From Blastocatellia bacterium (GTDB taxonomy: Bacteria > Acidobacteriota > Blastocatellia > UBA7656): DNA of 64,000 bases. This document shows, in pieces, positions 49,701 through 59,504 of this stretch. Made by a program: the position numbers and the translations under genes. The stretch is taken from assembly GCA_963728545.1 (NCBI GenBank), contig CAVSKO010000002.1, forward strand, positions 2,924,477-2,988,476. The letters run 5' to 3'. Below the pieces are notes generated by a model, which did no database searches, was not told the DNA's origin, and was given only the letters and a program-made list of their open reading frames with translations. Numbering within the stretch: position 1 is the stretch's first letter; each line of letters starts with the position of its first letter.

Positions 49701-51732
49701 CAGAAACGACGTTGCGCGCCCCCGCCGTCGTGCCTCCAAGGGTGTTGCCTGACCCGCCATTGATCACCAGTCCGGGGCTAGCCAGCCCGCCTACCCCGGC
49801 GCTGCCCGATGCATTAATGCCTATGTAGTTGCCTCGCACAAAGTTTCCTGTCCCGCTGCCGGAGATCAAAATACCGCGAAGCGAATTCCCTGAAACGATG
49901 TTGCGCGCAGCGGCAGTCGTGCCCCCAATCGTGTTATTTGATCCGTCAACAAAAATGCCGATTGTGTTAGCCGAGGCAGAGTTGCCCGCCGCGTCTACGC
50001 CTGTGTAGTTGCCTTCGATAAAGTTGTTTCCGCCCGATTGCAAGCGTATGCCGCTATCGCCGAAACGATTAATGACAAACCCCTTCACGGTGCTGCTGCC
50101 TGCCGTGATAAAGAATCCATTTACGTTTCCCGCGCCGCTCCCGTCTAACTCGATGAGAGGACTGCCCGCAAAGCCCGTTTGAGTCGTAGCATCAATCGTC
50201 ACCGCGCCTGTGACGATCGGAAGCGCCGAGGAGAGGGAGATCGTTTGCGCCCCCGACCCTATCTGGAAGCTAATCATGTCGGCGCCCGAGTTTGCGTTCG
50301 CATCGAGAATCGCCTGTCTGAGCGACCCCGATCCGCTGTCGCTCGTGTTCGTCACTGCGAACGTAGAGACGGGCGCAGTCTCTGCCACCGAGGGCGCGCT
50401 GTGCCCGGTTCTAAGTATCACCAGGTCGCTCAACGCATCATTGTTTAACCGCATTGGCATCACGGCAACGGGGTCGCCTTCTACGTCAAGAGACGCCGCG
50501 ATTCTCGGCGACGACGCGGGCGCAGACTCATGGCTGCCAATTACGATTTGCAGTTGACGGCTCGCGTTATCGATGACCAGCAGATCATCCGTCGTGCTTG
50601 TCGAAACGTTAGCCCGTAACAGGCGGGCCGACGCAGATAGCCGGTCGGAAATCAACGGCTCGCTCTCCCAAACCTGCTTTTCGGCTCTCCATCTCATCAC
50701 GTGAAGCTCGCCTTCACTTGAGAGCACCGCCGCTTCGAACCTGCTGCTGCCCGTAAATTCGCCGAGCGCGATTGACTCGATGGCGAACGGAAAGTAATGG
50801 CGGCTGACGAGGGGACGAGAAACGTCGCGCCGCGCAGCTTCATTAAGCGACAGTTTCCGGTCGCGCCCGTGAATTATGATCGCCTCAGAACCGGCTCCCA
50901 CAGCCAGATCCATCGGGTAGGCGTCATCCATCTGGCCCATTGCCATCGCGCGGGCCTCGGCAGGCAATTGGATCTCTTCCGGCTCGGCCCTGAGCGCGCC
51001 TTCCGGCCCTTCAAAGACCAGCGCCTTCGGCCCGTCGCCCGCATTGATACTCACGGCAAGGTCAGTCAACCCATCTGCGCGATTGATCTCTCCCGCTACC
51101 ATCACGGTAACACTGCCGCGCAACTGTATGCGCCTCGCAGGCAGAAAGCCGCCGCGCCCATCGCCCGCAAGCAGAAAGAGCGCGTTCGCGCCCGCCTGGG
51201 CGCTCACAACATCCCAGTGTCCGTCTGCGTCGAAATCTCCCGCGCTCAAAAAATCGGGCGGCGCGGGCAGGCTCACCGCTCGCGCATGGGGTAAGAATGC
51301 CGAGTCTATAAATCTCGATTCGGCTTTGCGCTTTTGGGCTTCGGGGCTATTCGGATAGATCGAATCGATATTGCCGCGACAGAGTGTAAGGATTCCGGCG
51401 GCAGCATGCCTGTAACCCGTCACAAGGTCTGGCGCCCCGTCTTCGTCGAAATCAGCGGAAGCGATTGAGAGCGGCGCGGCCTGGTCTTTCTCTAAAGCCT
51501 GCGCCAGGAGGGCGTCGCCTTCGTAGGTCTGTTCAAGCCCGTAACCATCTTGCAAGTTGATGGCGGGGTTGCCCCGGCCCGCCGCTCGCAAAGCCTCGTC
51601 CCTCTTCTGCGATTTGCCCACGGCGAAGTTGAGCGGCGCAAAAGAGAGCGAAATAATTGTATAAGCCAGAACAGTAATCATCGCGCCGAGAAGTATTAGC
51701 GCGCGATGAAGCGAAAGCGGGGATTTACGCAT
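43711..51732 (-). CDS. Giant secreted surface protein (2673 aa) with FG-GAP/VCBS repeats, a right-handed parallel beta-helix repeat array, a He_PIG-like Ig domain, a second FG-GAP block and two C-terminal BACON-like beta domains
   Basis: Signal/TM N-terminus. FG-GAP-type D-x-D-x-DG motifs ([23 protein letters not shown]). Dozens of 25-28-aa [22 protein letters not shown] beta-helix repeats. [28 protein letters not shown] (He_PIG). Six VGDFNxDxxxDLAV FG-GAP units. Two C…SW…S.ASWITITS modules. No stop codon across 8 kb. Confidence 0.8.
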   Translation of the reverse strand: MRKSPLSLHRALILLGAMITVLAYTIISLSFAPLNFAVGKSQKRDEALRAAGRGNPAINLQDGYGLEQTYEGDALLAQALEKDQAAPLSIASADFDEDGAPDLVTGYRHAAAGILTLCRGNIDSIYPNSPEAQKRKAESRFIDSAFLPHARAVSLPAPPDFLSAGDFDADGHWDVVSAQAGANALFLLAGDGRGGFLPARRIQLRGSVTVMVAGEINRADGLTDLAVSINAGDGPKALVFEGPEGALRAEPEEIQLPAEARAMAMGQMDDAYPMDLAVGAGSEAIIIHGRDRKLSLNEAARRDVSRPLVSRHYFPFAIESIALGEFTGSSRFEAAVLSSEGELHVMRWRAEKQVWESEPLISDRLSASARLLRANVSTSTTDDLLVIDNASRQLQIVIGSHESAPASSPRIAASLDVEGDPVAVMPMRLNNDALSDLVILRTGHSAPSVAETAPVSTFAVTNTSDSGSGSLRQAILDANANSGADMISFQIGSGAQTISLSSALPIVTGAVTIDATTQTGFAGSPLIELDGSGAGNVNGFFITAGSSTVKGFVINRFGDSGIRLQSGGNNFIEGNYTGVDAAGNSASANTIGIFVDGSNNTIGGTTAAARNIVSGNSLRGILISGSGTGNFVRGNYIGINASGSAGVGGLASPGLVINGGSGNTLGGTTAGARNVVSANDEGIRIDGTSATGHLVQGNYVGTNAAGTSALPNAQMGVFLFQGNSHTVGGTTTAARNVISGNTTSSTHGGVEIFASNQNLVQGNFIGTQANGTSALGNNSHGVFLTGFSIFGFASNNSIGGSVSGAANLIAFNGAAGVFVNTGTGNSISGNSIFSNAGPGINLAPTGVTANDSGDGDTGSNNLQNFPVLTSAASGPGTTVVGSLNSTANTTFTIEFFYNSACDGSNNGEGQTLFGSTTILTDGGGNANINFTAFATVISGRFITATATDPANNTSEFSSCVQVTSATGFFVVTSTGDAGDNNLGDGICNDGSGNCTLRAAIQQSNATAGANTIAFEIGGGGAQTIAPTSALPSVNETTLIDGTTQPGFAGKPIIELNGAGAGAGVNGLLIIAANSAVRGLVINRFSQRGIQLAFGSNMLIEGNYIGTDLTGTIRRDNGLGGLFVSADNTTIGGLSVAARNIISGNTGSGIVINPGAGSIVRGNYIGTDVTGANALGNSGSGIDITNAPNTIIGGTTAGARNIICANGSNGIMITSNCSGTQVQGNLIGTDVTGTLDRGNSAAGININNAPGNVIGGTTAAARNVISGNGSHGIQIGGASATGNTVQGNIIGLAANGINELGNGNNGLLVAAQNNVIGGTTGGAGNLISDNGRHGIEITSTGTQVQGNIIGTDSSGTLDRGNSMDGVFINPGSNNTIGGTVVAARNLISGNNRNGVEIMGGTSTGNLVQGNFIGTDVTGTLDLGNNGSGVGIIGSPGNTIGGTAAGAGNLISGNNEQGIGLVGIGQNNAIQGNFIGTDVTGTLDLGNTINGILITAPNNTIGGTVAAARNVISGNNQNGIEFLPGGTGILVQGNFIGTKADGASPLPNSMNGVHVNGVAAMSNNTIGGTAAGAGNVIAFNGEDGVFVRAGGVVRILSNSIFSNTGLGIDLSPDGTTRGVTPNDAGDADLGANTLQNFPVITSSLTTTVTVTGSLNSNANTTFRLEFFSQPGCDGSGNGEGQTFLGTMNVTTDATGNVSFIIPFAGSVPAGHVVTATATDPAGNTSEFSACKQNFSGTFVVNSTGDAGDNNLSDMACNDGTGFCTLRAALQQANAFAGVNRINFSIGTGAQTITPSSPLPAITDPVIIDGKTQPGFTSTPIIELNGTNAGAGAIGVVVNAGNSTVQGLVINRFGGGGIQTNTSGNNTIQCNYVGTNVAGTGALGNGGDGISISGSNNTIGGSAPGAGNIIAFNGDSGVQILTGTGNLIRSDSIHSNGGLGINLGADGVTPNDPMDADSGPNNLQNFPVLSSAINNGSSTTVRGTLNSAANTQFVVEFFSNTSCDSSMHGEGATPLGSTTVMTDGNGIAAIEATLATAVPVGQLITAIATDPGNNSSEFSACLQVCPSITLAPLALPSGTVGTAYNQTITASGGTPPYNFAVSVGGLPTGLTLSSGGALAGTPTAPGSFTFTVTATDSGGCKGSRSYTVTVSQASPCAAPSFAAAVNYGAVAGPIRVAMGNFNSDSALDLAVANRDSSVVSIFLNTGTGSFAAAANFAAGSSPTAVAVGDFNNDNNLDLAVSIFDSANVSILLGTGTGTFGAPTNFGVGTNPLAVAVGDFNSDGEADIAVVNSTSNNVSILLGTGTGSFAAAINVAVGASPSGVAVADFNSDGKADLAVSSFDNSNVSILLGTGTGSFGPLSSFIVGFNPISIATGDFNNDSKGDLATTNYTSSNVSVLLGDGVGSFGAATNFAVGANPSYVAVGDVNGDGINDLAVSVESLNKVSILPGTGTGSFGPPTGFDTGTVPQGIAVGDLSGDGKLDLAVTNFVSTNVSVLLNNCCTASFPIFPTSQFFSGAGGEGSIKVTAPSNCSWTATSNASWITITSDATGMGPDAVTYLVRDNFDPLPRTGTITVAGQTFNITQNRKNAPVCSFTLSPSFIVFGASGGASIINVSAGASCAWQSTSDVPWITITSNCCGIGNGAITYTVEPNATGTGRNGVITIAGKKFNVKQTAN

Positions 51733-51995
51733 GTTCTCCTCCCGGAGAGACCGGCGGCAGTCAAATTTGAAGACGCTAATCTGTGCGCCATTTTTGCAAT
51801 CCGAATAAAGACTAAAGCAATCCTAAGAATGATTGTCAGCGCGTTGATCATCTTTGTCGCGATTGACTATCAACCCATTCTAATCGCCTGGCGTCAGTGG
51901 AGAAGAGCCATTACCAGGTGGGTTAGGCAGAATCTTATTTCCGAGGCCGATTTCAAGTCAAGCTCAAAACCTGAAGAGAGATTCAGCCCGTAGGC

Positions 51996-53672
51996 TCATT
52001 TTTTGGCTTTCTCGTCGTAGAAAAGGATGTTGAGCACGAGCATGATGCCGCCGGTTGCGGCTACGATGAAAAATATGATCGCAAGCCCTGGGTAGCCTAA
52101 AATACGAAAATCCGTAGGAACGTTCATCAGCATTGCGGCCCCGACTATCAACGCCGCGAGCACCAGCCCGAGCGTTATGCGGTTTGCAATCTTCTGCAAG
52201 CCCTCCATCAACATTCGCTCGTCAATAGCGTCTACTTTTACTTCGATTTCGTTATTCGCGATTGAGTCCAAAATCTTGTTGACGCGGCCCGGAAGCTTCT
52301 CGGCAAAATCTTTCACTTCAAGCACGCTGCTGAACAGATTTCCGGGCGACATGCTTTTGGTTAATCGCTGCCGGAAGATTTCGGAAGCGTACCGGCGAAT
52401 TGCCGCGTTAGGATCAAACAACGGGTCGAGTGTCCGGCCCACTTGATCGAGGTTGAGCAGGGTCTTTCCCAGCATCGTCAGCTCGACCGGGAGACGGATG
52501 CCGCATCCGCCCGACGCCTTCGTAACTTCAAGCACAATTGTGCCAACTTCTATCTCCTCTACGCTGACGTTTTGATGAGCAGTAACAAGGTCGGCCACGC
52601 GGCGGCGGAACTCCTTTTCGTCAAAGTTCTCTCTCGCCGAGCCGATCTCTATTGCGACCGTCGCGGCTTGCTCGGCGCGGCCCTCGCTGATTGCGAGGAG
52701 CATTTGTAGAAGTTTCTCCTGCATGCCGGACGTGATGCGGGCTACCATCCCGAGGTCGAGCAGCGCGATCTGCCCGCTATCGGTCAGAAATACATTGCCC
52801 GGATGCGGGTCGGCGTGGAAAAAACCGTCGACGAGAATCTGTTGCAGGTAAGCGCGGAATAACTGGTTGGCGAGATCATCCCCGTCTATGTCGATGCGCG
52901 CGAGCGGGGTGAGCGAGGTTATCTTGCGCCCGTGTATGTAGTCCATCGTCAGCACGCGCGATGTCGTGTAATCTTCGACGGGCAGCGGAATCACTATCGC
53001 GTCAAAATCGATAAGGTTATCGCTTAGCGTTGAGAGGTTGCGCGCTTCCTGACGGTAATCAAGCTCGGCCAGAAGCGATTTGCGAAACTCGTCCAATATC
53101 TTTTGAAACTCGTAGTGCCGCCCCATCTCCGTGTGCTGGTCGAGGAACTCTGCGACCTCCGACATCGCTTCCAGGTCTTGGACTATCTGTTCGCGAATTC
53201 CCGGCCGCTGCACCTTCACGGCAACCGGCCGCCCGTCGCGCATAGTCGCGCGGTGGACCTGGCCTAGCGACGCGGCCGCCATAGGCTCAGGGTCAAAGCT
53301 TGAGAAGGCTTTCGAGATGCGAACGCCCAGTTCCGAGGAGATGATCTTTACGACCTCTTCGTAAGGGAAAGGTTCTATCTGGTCTTGAAGCCGCGTGAGC
53401 GCCTGGAGGTAAGGGGGAGGGAGAAGGTCTGCGCGCGTTGAGAGCAGTTGGCCGAGCTTTATAAAAGTCGGCCCCATCCGCTCCAGGTCGTCGGCAAGCG
53501 ATTCGGCCTCCGGAGGCACGTCACCGGTCTGGGCGTCTTCGTCTTTGAGGATCTCTTCAAGCCCGGCGTGCTTAACCAGGTCCGAGCGTCCGTACTTCAT
53601 CAACAGCCAGGCAATATCTTTGTAGCGCTTCAGGTGCTCAGGTTTCAGCGATATTCCCATACCCCTCCCCAC
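51996..53672 (-). CDS. ABC1/UbiB-family atypical kinase
   Basis: …[34 protein letters not shown]…DPHPGN… and two C-terminal TM helices. 558 aa. Confidence 0.85.
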   Translation of the reverse strand: MGRGMGISLKPEHLKRYKDIAWLLMKYGRSDLVKHAGLEEILKDEDAQTGDVPPEAESLADDLERMGPTFIKLGQLLSTRADLLPPPYLQALTRLQDQIEPFPYEEVVKIISSELGVRISKAFSSFDPEPMAAASLGQVHRATMRDGRPVAVKVQRPGIREQIVQDLEAMSEVAEFLDQHTEMGRHYEFQKILDEFRKSLLAELDYRQEARNLSTLSDNLIDFDAIVIPLPVEDYTTSRVLTMDYIHGRKITSLTPLARIDIDGDDLANQLFRAYLQQILVDGFFHADPHPGNVFLTDSGQIALLDLGMVARITSGMQEKLLQMLLAISEGRAEQAATVAIEIGSARENFDEKEFRRRVADLVTAHQNVSVEEIEVGTIVLEVTKASGGCGIRLPVELTMLGKTLLNLDQVGRTLDPLFDPNAAIRRYASEIFRQRLTKSMSPGNLFSSVLEVKDFAEKLPGRVNKILDSIANNEIEVKVDAIDERMLMEGLQKIANRITLGLVLAALIVGAAMLMNVPTDFRILGYPGLAIIFFIVAATGGIMLVLNILFYDEKAKK

Positions 53673-53730
53673 CTACGCACAAGCGTCTTTCCTGATCATA
53701 GCCAGCGCGCGCGCTTTTGTCTAAGTTTGA

Positions 53731-53920
53731 AAAGCCCCGAAGGGACGAAATTCGATAGCACAGGGCAACGCCCTGCGTTGACCACCGCAAAATCATTCAA
53801 GCCCTGAAAGGGCGAAATAAAGTTAATTAATCAAACTCATTTCGCCCTTTCAGGGCTTATTCTCTTATGCGTGCGTAACCCGGCGCGCGGCAGCCGGGCT
53901 ATTGAATTTCGCCCCTTTGG
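53731..53920. mobile_element. Family B MITE-like element, copy 3
   Basis: AAAGCCCCGAAGGGACGAAATTCGATAGCA … GGCTATTGAATTTCGCCCCTTTGG. A small GCGGCGAgaaatTCGCCGC hairpin follows. Confidence 0.7.
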
Positions 53921-53955
53921 AATGCGGCGAGAAATTCGCCGCACTCCAAAGAAGT

Positions 53956-54552
53956 TCACTTATTATCAGGAGGCTTCTCGTTGTCTTCCCGGTCTTCGTC
54001 AGGGTCGTCTTTGTCTTCTGGCGAGGGTTGGTTATTCGAGTTGCCTTTAAGCGATATGCCCATGATCTTCGGATTGTTCATAAACTCTATCAGCTTTTCA
54101 GGGCTGAATTTTGTCTGTATGACAAAGGCCTGCTCTTTTTGAAGAGTCACAACCAGAACCTTGACATCATTCGTAAGAAAATGGGCGTACACATAAGTCC
54201 ATTGACGTTCGGCTGGCGAACTGTACTGAACCAGCGGCGTCCACTCTTTATTTATGCGGCCGCGAACGGCGGTGTGAAAATTCATCCCGCGCCTGCTCGA
54301 ACCGTCGGGGAAGTCGACCGTCTTGAAATATACGACTTTGAAATTTTTCACTCCCGCAGGCTTTATGACCTTGACCAGGAACCTTGCGAAGCTCACTCCG
54401 CCATAAGTGCCCTGGCGCTTGCCGTTGTATTGTGATTCGATGTGCTTTACGACAGAGCTGAAGCTATTATCATCCGCAAAAGCCGCCCGGTTCGAAAAGC
54501 CCACTATGATGATTGCGAGTAAAAGCAGTAAGGGGGATCTCTTTATCGTCAT
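53956..54552 (-). CDS. Hypothetical secreted protein, last gene of the ECF sigma cluster
   Basis: Signal peptide. An acidic, Lys/Asp/Glu/Pro-rich C-terminus. Confidence 0.45.
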   Translation of the reverse strand: MTIKRSPLLLLLAIIIVGFSNRAAFADDNSFSSVVKHIESQYNGKRQGTYGGVSFARFLVKVIKPAGVKNFKVVYFKTVDFPDGSSRRGMNFHTAVRGRINKEWTPLVQYSSPAERQWTYVYAHFLTNDVKVLVVTLQKEQAFVIQTKFSPEKLIEFMNNPKIMGISLKGNSNNQPSPEDKDDPDEDREDNEKPPDNK

Positions 54553-54555
54553 AGC

Positions 54556-55302
54556 TCATTGCTCCTTTGGCGGCTTTTCGCTGTTGCGTATGAGTTTGGG
54601 CGGCTGTTTCTTTTCAGTCCGCTTCTCGGTCGTCGCGTCCTTGATTACGATCTTGCTCTGATCGCCGTTCGGTTGAGCTTCCGGCTGCGGCGGTTTTTTC
54701 TCCACGGGGGGCTTCTCGTGCTCTCCGCCGCCGTCATCTATCTTAGGCCCGGTCATCAACTCCCACCGGGGGATGCCGAACCTGCCTTCCAACTCGGAGA
54801 GCTTGCTCAGGTCGAGCGGCCCGACGACGTTTACCACCGTCATCGCCTTGGGCTCTGAGGCGAGCACGACCAGTCCGCGAATGATGCTGCCTTCCGTCAT
54901 TATATAAACGTCGTAATTGCCTTCGCGCTTGCTCCGGACGTTTGCGATCCTCGACCAGGGGGGCGTGCGAAGCTGCGCGCGGATCGGGTCCATGTCAGAG
55001 TCCGCGAACTCGCCCGGGTCCGCGAACTGGAACCGCTTGACGTAGACGCCTTTCAGCCCCGAAATAAGCTCTTTCAACTTCGCCTCCTCCGGGGTGCGCT
55101 TGTCAGACATGGCCGAGATTGCGAGCCTTATCAACGCCTCGTTGACAGTGACATCTATCACCTTATCTGCTCTTTCAGAAAACCTTTCGAGGTGACTGAT
55201 ATCAACCCTGGCATCCTGCGCGTAAGTTGTTAGGGCTCCGAAGACTGAGATCAGCATACAAAGCCCCATCAGTCTTACCAGGTTAGTAAATATTAATTTC
55301 AT
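54556..55302 (-). CDS. Hypothetical secreted protein, possibly DUF4252-like
   Basis: Signal peptide. The position downstream of an anti-sigma factor matches where DUF4252 proteins usually sit. Family assignment is from memory only. Confidence 0.4.
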   Translation of the reverse strand: MKLIFTNLVRLMGLCMLISVFGALTTYAQDARVDISHLERFSERADKVIDVTVNEALIRLAISAMSDKRTPEEAKLKELISGLKGVYVKRFQFADPGEFADSDMDPIRAQLRTPPWSRIANVRSKREGNYDVYIMTEGSIIRGLVVLASEPKAMTVVNVVGPLDLSKLSELEGRFGIPRWELMTGPKIDDGGGEHEKPPVEKKPPQPEAQPNGDQSKIVIKDATTEKRTEKKQPPKLIRNSEKPPKEQ

Positions 55303-55347
55303 AAGTCCTCCGTGAGTATCATCAATTGGCGGCGCGTCTATGGCCTC

Positions 55348-55878
55348 CTAGTCGTCACCTCTCACCATCTTGTTAGCATCGTTGAGCGTCGAGCTGGCTA
55401 TCTGTAGCGCCAGAAATAATTGCTCTTTCGCCTGCTCGGCTTCGATCTTTAGTTGTCTCTGTTTTCTCTGCCGCGCCAAAAGGTTTCTCTTTAAAGCCGC
55501 CCTGTTTCCGGCCGGTTGATGCCTGACCGTCTTCGGCGCAGTCTGTTCAATAGAAGGCGCGGGGCCGAGTTGCGGCGCGACTGTGTCGGTCTTTGCTCCG
55601 GGCGCTTGTTGCGCGGCGGTCGGCTCAATTGTGCTCTCAGGCGTCACGTTCTGGAGCCGCTGGTACTGAGAGGCGAATATCGCGACCAGCAGCGAAGTGG
55701 CGATTCCGACCGCGACCCAGCGCGCTACGGGCGGCTCAAAAAAGCTTTTGAGCTTCTGCCACAGACTCGGCTTCGCTGCGGGCGGGTTATTGATTCGCCT
55801 CATCACGCGCTCCGCGAAATCCGCTGACGGTTCTACGCGCCGGAATGCTACTTTCAATTCATCATCAAGACGGCTCAT
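55348..55878 (-). CDS. Putative anti-sigma factor (single-pass membrane protein)
   Basis: Its start overlaps the ECF sigma stop by 4 nt. An N-terminal cytoplasmic segment is followed by a TM helix (WVAVGIATSLLVAIF) and a C-terminal domain with a coiled region. Confidence 0.5.
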   Translation of the reverse strand: MSRLDDELKVAFRRVEPSADFAERVMRRINNPPAAKPSLWQKLKSFFEPPVARWVAVGIATSLLVAIFASQYQRLQNVTPESTIEPTAAQQAPGAKTDTVAPQLGPAPSIEQTAPKTVRHQPAGNRAALKRNLLARQRKQRQLKIEAEQAKEQLFLALQIASSTLNDANKMVRGDD

Positions 55879-56468
55879 ACTTGTGCCTCTCCGAAACAGC
55901 GGCTCAGTTTCTCGCGCAATATTGCGAGCGAACGCCGCAAATGACTCTTTACGGTATTGACCGGCATATCCAACACCTCGGCGATCTCTGCCGGTTCGAG
56001 ATCCTCCTGGTAGCGAAGCAAGACGACCATGCGCGGCTTTTCCGGTAACGTGTTAACTACGCGCTTGAGCGTGCGCGCGAGCATCGGGTCACCTTCGGAA
56101 GCCGCCGCGACGGGTTCGGCCACATCTTCCAGACTCACTTGCGGGCGGACCTTTTGACGGCGGGTCTGGTCAATCGAGCGATGACAGGTCACTTTCCGCA
56201 GCCAGAATGTCAGGTGCGCGGGGGACTGTATCGCGGTGATGTTCTGGTGAAGATGAAGAAAGACTTCTTGTGATAATTCTTCTGCCAGCGACCGATCACG
56301 CAGAAAATGGTAAGCCAGGCTGAAGACCATACCTTGATGCTCCCGCACGATTTCAGCAAAGGCCAGGGTGTCGCCGCCGGCAGACCGCGCAAGAGTGTCT
56401 TCCGCCCGGTCTGTCGCCTTCTCCAATTTTGCTGTCCCTTCCCACCCCACCACTAGATTAGTACGCAA
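55875..56468 (-). CDS. ECF (RpoE-like) sigma-70 family sigma factor
   Basis: Region 2 (…FAEIVREHQGMVFSLAYHFLRDRSLAEELSQEVFLHLHQ…) and region 4 (…EIAEVLDMPVNTVKSHLRRS…). Confidence 0.8.
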   Translation of the reverse strand: MRTNLVVGWEGTAKLEKATDRAEDTLARSAGGDTLAFAEIVREHQGMVFSLAYHFLRDRSLAEELSQEVFLHLHQNITAIQSPAHLTFWLRKVTCHRSIDQTRRQKVRPQVSLEDVAEPVAAASEGDPMLARTLKRVVNTLPEKPRMVVLLRYQEDLEPAEIAEVLDMPVNTVKSHLRRSLAILREKLSRCFGEAQV

Positions 56469-56674
56469 AACAACTCCTGAGCGAGTGCAATATTTGTTCG
56501 ATTGAGCGAGGCCGCGGCTCTACAACCTGATCGAAGTCACGCAGCGTGAAGTATATAGCCGGTTACGAAAAAGATACAATCGTTGATACGGGCAGAGGAA
56601 ATTGACCCAAAACAGGCGAAGGGGCGACCAGTGAGTTATCGATTAGGTGTGTGTTTGTTAGAGTGTGCGGGATA

Positions 56675-56836
56675 GGAGAGACATCTCCCCGCCGCAGACA
56701 CAGAGAACACAGGATGGCCGACGATGTGCTTCGCACGCGGAGGGGGCGCAGAGATTTTACGTTTCCTCTGCGCCCCCTCCGCGTGCGAAGCACATCGTCG
56801 GCCATGTGCGTCCTCTGTGTCTGCGGCGGTGAATCT
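56675..56836. repeat. Family A palindromic repeat, copy 3 and the most complete
   Basis: The left arm CCGCCGCAGACACAGAGAACACAGGATGGCCGACGATGTGCTTCGCACGCGGAGGGGGCGCAGAG and right arm CTCTGCGCCCCCTCCGCGTGCGAAGCACATCGTCGGCCATGTGCGTCCTCTGTGTCTGCGGCGG are near-perfect reverse complements around a 12-nt loop. Confidence 0.7.
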
Positions 56837-56845
56837 TTTTTTAGT

Positions 56846-57472
56846 CTACGCGGCGCGCGCGTGTCGCTTGAAGGCTATGACCCCGGCCAGAGAGAAAAGC
56901 ACTCCCGCGCTCGCCAGTATCCACCCGCCGGGTTCGAACGTGGATTCGGAGTTTGATTCTGTAGTCAGCTCGGCGCGCGTCGTGTTGCCCGCCAGGCTTT
57001 GGAGCGCCGCGTCTATCTCTTCGGCGCTGAGCTTGCGCGCGACGATTTGGACCGGCTTATATTTCTTACTGCCGCCCGCGACCTGAATCTTGCCGTTAGG
57101 CCCGAGACGCACAAGCGCGCTGCTCGTGTGGCCATTATAGCTTCCGGTTATCGTCACGACCCAGTGACCCTCGGAAGGCCACTGTTTATTGATCGCATAA
57201 ACGCCTTTGGACGTAGCCACCAGATCGAGTTTCACCGACTGTCGCTTGCCTGCTACCAGTCCTTCTGCGCTGGCAGTGACGTCAGCATCCGACGGCTGGC
57301 GACAGCCGTACGTTCGCACGACCATAGCTGCGTTTTGCAGCTCAGGATCAGATTCCGGAGGGGCCTGGACTTCAAGCTGAAATCCTCCCGCGAGCGCGTT
57401 AGTTCCCCAGGCCAGGACTACGATTAAAGTTAACCAGTTTGCGCCAAATTTGATGAAGGCTTTGCTAAACAT
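56846..57472 (-). CDS. Hypothetical secreted protein with a PEP-CTERM-like C-terminal sorting signal
   Basis: Signal peptide. The C-terminus FEPGGWILASAGVLFSLAGVIAFKRHARAA has an xEP motif, a hydrophobic helix and a basic tail. Confidence 0.4.
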   Translation of the reverse strand: MFSKAFIKFGANWLTLIVVLAWGTNALAGGFQLEVQAPPESDPELQNAAMVVRTYGCRQPSDADVTASAEGLVAGKRQSVKLDLVATSKGVYAINKQWPSEGHWVVTITGSYNGHTSSALVRLGPNGKIQVAGGSKKYKPVQIVARKLSAEEIDAALQSLAGNTTRAELTTESNSESTFEPGGWILASAGVLFSLAGVIAFKRHARAA

Positions 57473-57576
57473 TGTGAAGTTCTCCCTTTCAGCTAAATTT
57501 GTCTATTAGACGGCGCGGGCCTCTGCTTTCTTCAGTATTTTTTGGAAAGGAGAACAAATTCAATGATCTTGGTAGA

Positions 57577-57698
57577 AAAGCCCCAAAGGGGCGCAATTCA
57601 ATAGCCTGTGGCAACGCCACAGGTCAACATCAAACAGAACGACAAGCCCTGTAAGGGCGAAATAAGTTTGATCGATCGACTTTATTTCGCCCTTACAG
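57577..57698. mobile_element. Family B MITE-like element, copy 4, left portion, interrupted by the IS insertion
   Basis: AAAGCCCCAAAGGGGCGCAATTCAATAGCC…TTATTTCGCCCTTACAG. The element then stops, and its remainder continues at 59404. Confidence 0.65.
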
Positions 57699-59403
57699 GA
57701 GACTGCTAAAAAAGTTGGCAAGTCCCGGTCGGCGCAGTATCCTGAAAGCGACTTCTAGCAGAGGAGCGGTTCCCATGCTCAAACCAGACTACTACATCGC
57801 CCCGACCGACATCGATCTCTTGGTCTTTGCTAAACTCATCCCCGCTGATCACTATCTGCGCCAACTCAAAGCCATGATTGATTTCGACTCGCTGCGTCAT
57901 CTGGTCGCCGATTGTTACTCACCCTCGATGGGGCGCAGCGCCCAAGACCCGGTGCGCTTGCTCAAGCTCAACTTCCTCCAATTTCACTATGAGTTGTCGG
58001 ATCGCGAAGTCATCGCTGAGGCTCAGGTCAATGTCGCCTTCCGTTTCTTCCTCGACTTGGCGCTCGATAGCCCATTGCCAACGCCGCCCTTGTTGACCCA
58101 GTTTCGCACCCGCCTTGGCGTCGAGCGATTCCAAAACCTCTTTGATGAGATTCTCCGCCAAGCCCGCCACCTTGGCTTGGTCAAAGATCGCCTGCGCCTC
58201 AAAGACGCCACCCACATCATTGCTAACATTGCCGTGCCCTCGACGATTCGCCTGGTCGCTTCTAGCCGCGAGCGGTTGTTGGCGGCCGCCCAGCCCTTTG
58301 CGCCCGAAGCCGTCGTCGCGCATCAACAGCGCGCCATCGGGATTCGTCAAGCCACCGCCGATCTCAAAGACCAAGCGCGCTTGCTGCAACGCGTCGAGCA
58401 GTTGCGTGAGATCGTCGTCTGGGCCGAGCACTGGGCCGCTCCGCCAGTTGGCGAGCCAGTTGGCGAGCCAGTTGGCGAAGCCACCACCGAGTTGCGCGCG
58501 GCGCTCGACCTGGCCCACAAGATATTGGCTGATCGCCAGCCCCAAGCCCAAGATAAGCTGTTGTCGCTGGTTGACGAGCAAGCGCGCACCGGCAAACACG
58601 GCGAGTATTACAATGGCTATCTGCTGGATGTCAGCCTGGATGCCGACTCGGAGTTGATCTGCGCCATCGAGGTGCTGCCGGCCAATGGCGATGAAGCCAA
58701 GGATGCCCAGCCCTTGATTGAATCTGAAGAAGCGGCGCACGGCAATGACATCAAAAGTTTGTTGATGGACGCGATCGGCTTTCGCGGCGAGGTGTTGCGC
58801 GAGTTGGCGGTCGAGAGCGGGCCACAACTGACCGTGTATGTGCCGTCGTATGAGTGGCCGGGCTCGGTGCCCGGCTTGTTTCAACCGGGAGATTTTCAAC
58901 TCGATGAGCCCGGCGAAGCATTGCAATGTCCGGGTGGGCAAACCAGCCGCAGTCGCACGCGAACAGGACGCGATCAAGGCTGGCAATACTTTTTTCCAGC
59001 CCGCCAATGCCAAGCTTGTCGGTTGCGCACGACTTGCCTGAAAGCGGGAGCGAAAGGAGGACGAACGGTTATCAAGAACGACTACGAAGCGGAATATCAA
59101 GCGGCCAGAGCGCGCGCCACCACGGCAGCCTATCAGGAGGTGAGAAAGCAGCATCCGCGGATTGAGCGGAAGCTGGCCGAGATGATGCGCTGGCATGGCG
59201 GCAGGCGAGTGCGCTATCGCGGGCGATTGCGAGTGAAGATTCAGTATGTGCTGACCGCCGTCGTCGTCAACCTCAAGCGCATGGTCAAGCTGTTGAACCT
59301 GCCACTGAGTCACCAGCCTGCCTGAAGTGCGGGCAGCAGACCGTGCGTGGTGATGATGAGGTGTATCGTGCTTCATTTCAACTCGGACTTTTTTAGCAGT
59401 CTC
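57699..59403 (+). mobile_element. Insertion sequence, IS5/IS1182-superfamily type, 1705 bp with 17-bp perfect terminal inverted repeats and a 5-bp target duplication
   Basis: IRL GAGACTGCTAAAAAAGT (57699-57715). IRR ACTTTTTTAGCAGTCTC (59387-59403). TACAG direct repeats at 57694-57698 and 59404-59408. A single transposase ORF. Confidence 0.8.
57775..59325 (+). CDS. IS5/IS1182-family DDE transposase with an InsH-type N-terminal domain
   Basis: …VRLLKLNFLQFHYELSDREVIAEAQVNVAFRFFLDL…LLTQFRTRLG… is an InsH_N-type domain. C-terminal DDE region. The ATG at 57775 is preceded by GAGGAG. The upstream TTG at 57715 is less likely to be the start. Confidence 0.8.
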   Translation: MLKPDYYIAPTDIDLLVFAKLIPADHYLRQLKAMIDFDSLRHLVADCYSPSMGRSAQDPVRLLKLNFLQFHYELSDREVIAEAQVNVAFRFFLDLALDSPLPTPPLLTQFRTRLGVERFQNLFDEILRQARHLGLVKDRLRLKDATHIIANIAVPSTIRLVASSRERLLAAAQPFAPEAVVAHQQRAIGIRQATADLKDQARLLQRVEQLREIVVWAEHWAAPPVGEPVGEPVGEATTELRAALDLAHKILADRQPQAQDKLLSLVDEQARTGKHGEYYNGYLLDVSLDADSELICAIEVLPANGDEAKDAQPLIESEEAAHGNDIKSLLMDAIGFRGEVLRELAVESGPQLTVYVPSYEWPGSVPGLFQPGDFQLDEPGEALQCPGGQTSRSRTRTGRDQGWQYFFPARQCQACRLRTTCLKAGAKGGRTVIKNDYEAEYQAARARATTAAYQEVRKQHPRIERKLAEMMRWHGGRRVRYRGRLRVKIQYVLTAVVVNLKRMVKLLNLPLSHQPA

Positions 59404-59480
59404 TACAGGGCTTGTCTGTTGTGTCTGCCAGAACCCGGCGCGATGCGCCGGGCTATTGAATTGCGCCCCTTTGGGGCTTT
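59404..59480. mobile_element. Family B MITE-like element, copy 4, right portion
   Basis: TACAGGGCTTGTCTGTT…GGCTATTGAATTGCGCCCCTTTGGGGCTTT. It resumes the MITE sequence exactly after the IS. Confidence 0.65.
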
Positions 59481-59504
59481 TGATCTGTGTTCTATTGAAA
59501 AAAT

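Noticed and set aside
43805-51358. Numerous plus-strand ORFs of 60-220 aa inside the coordinates of the 2673-aa minus-strand gene (for example 44597-45244, 46637-47080, 47330-47704, 50797-51294).
   Set aside because: They are antisense to an uninterrupted 8-kb ORF with clear domain content. Their periodic translations ([12 protein letters not shown]…, VPPIVLLG…) simply mirror the sense-strand tandem repeats. None has an SD or recognisable motifs.
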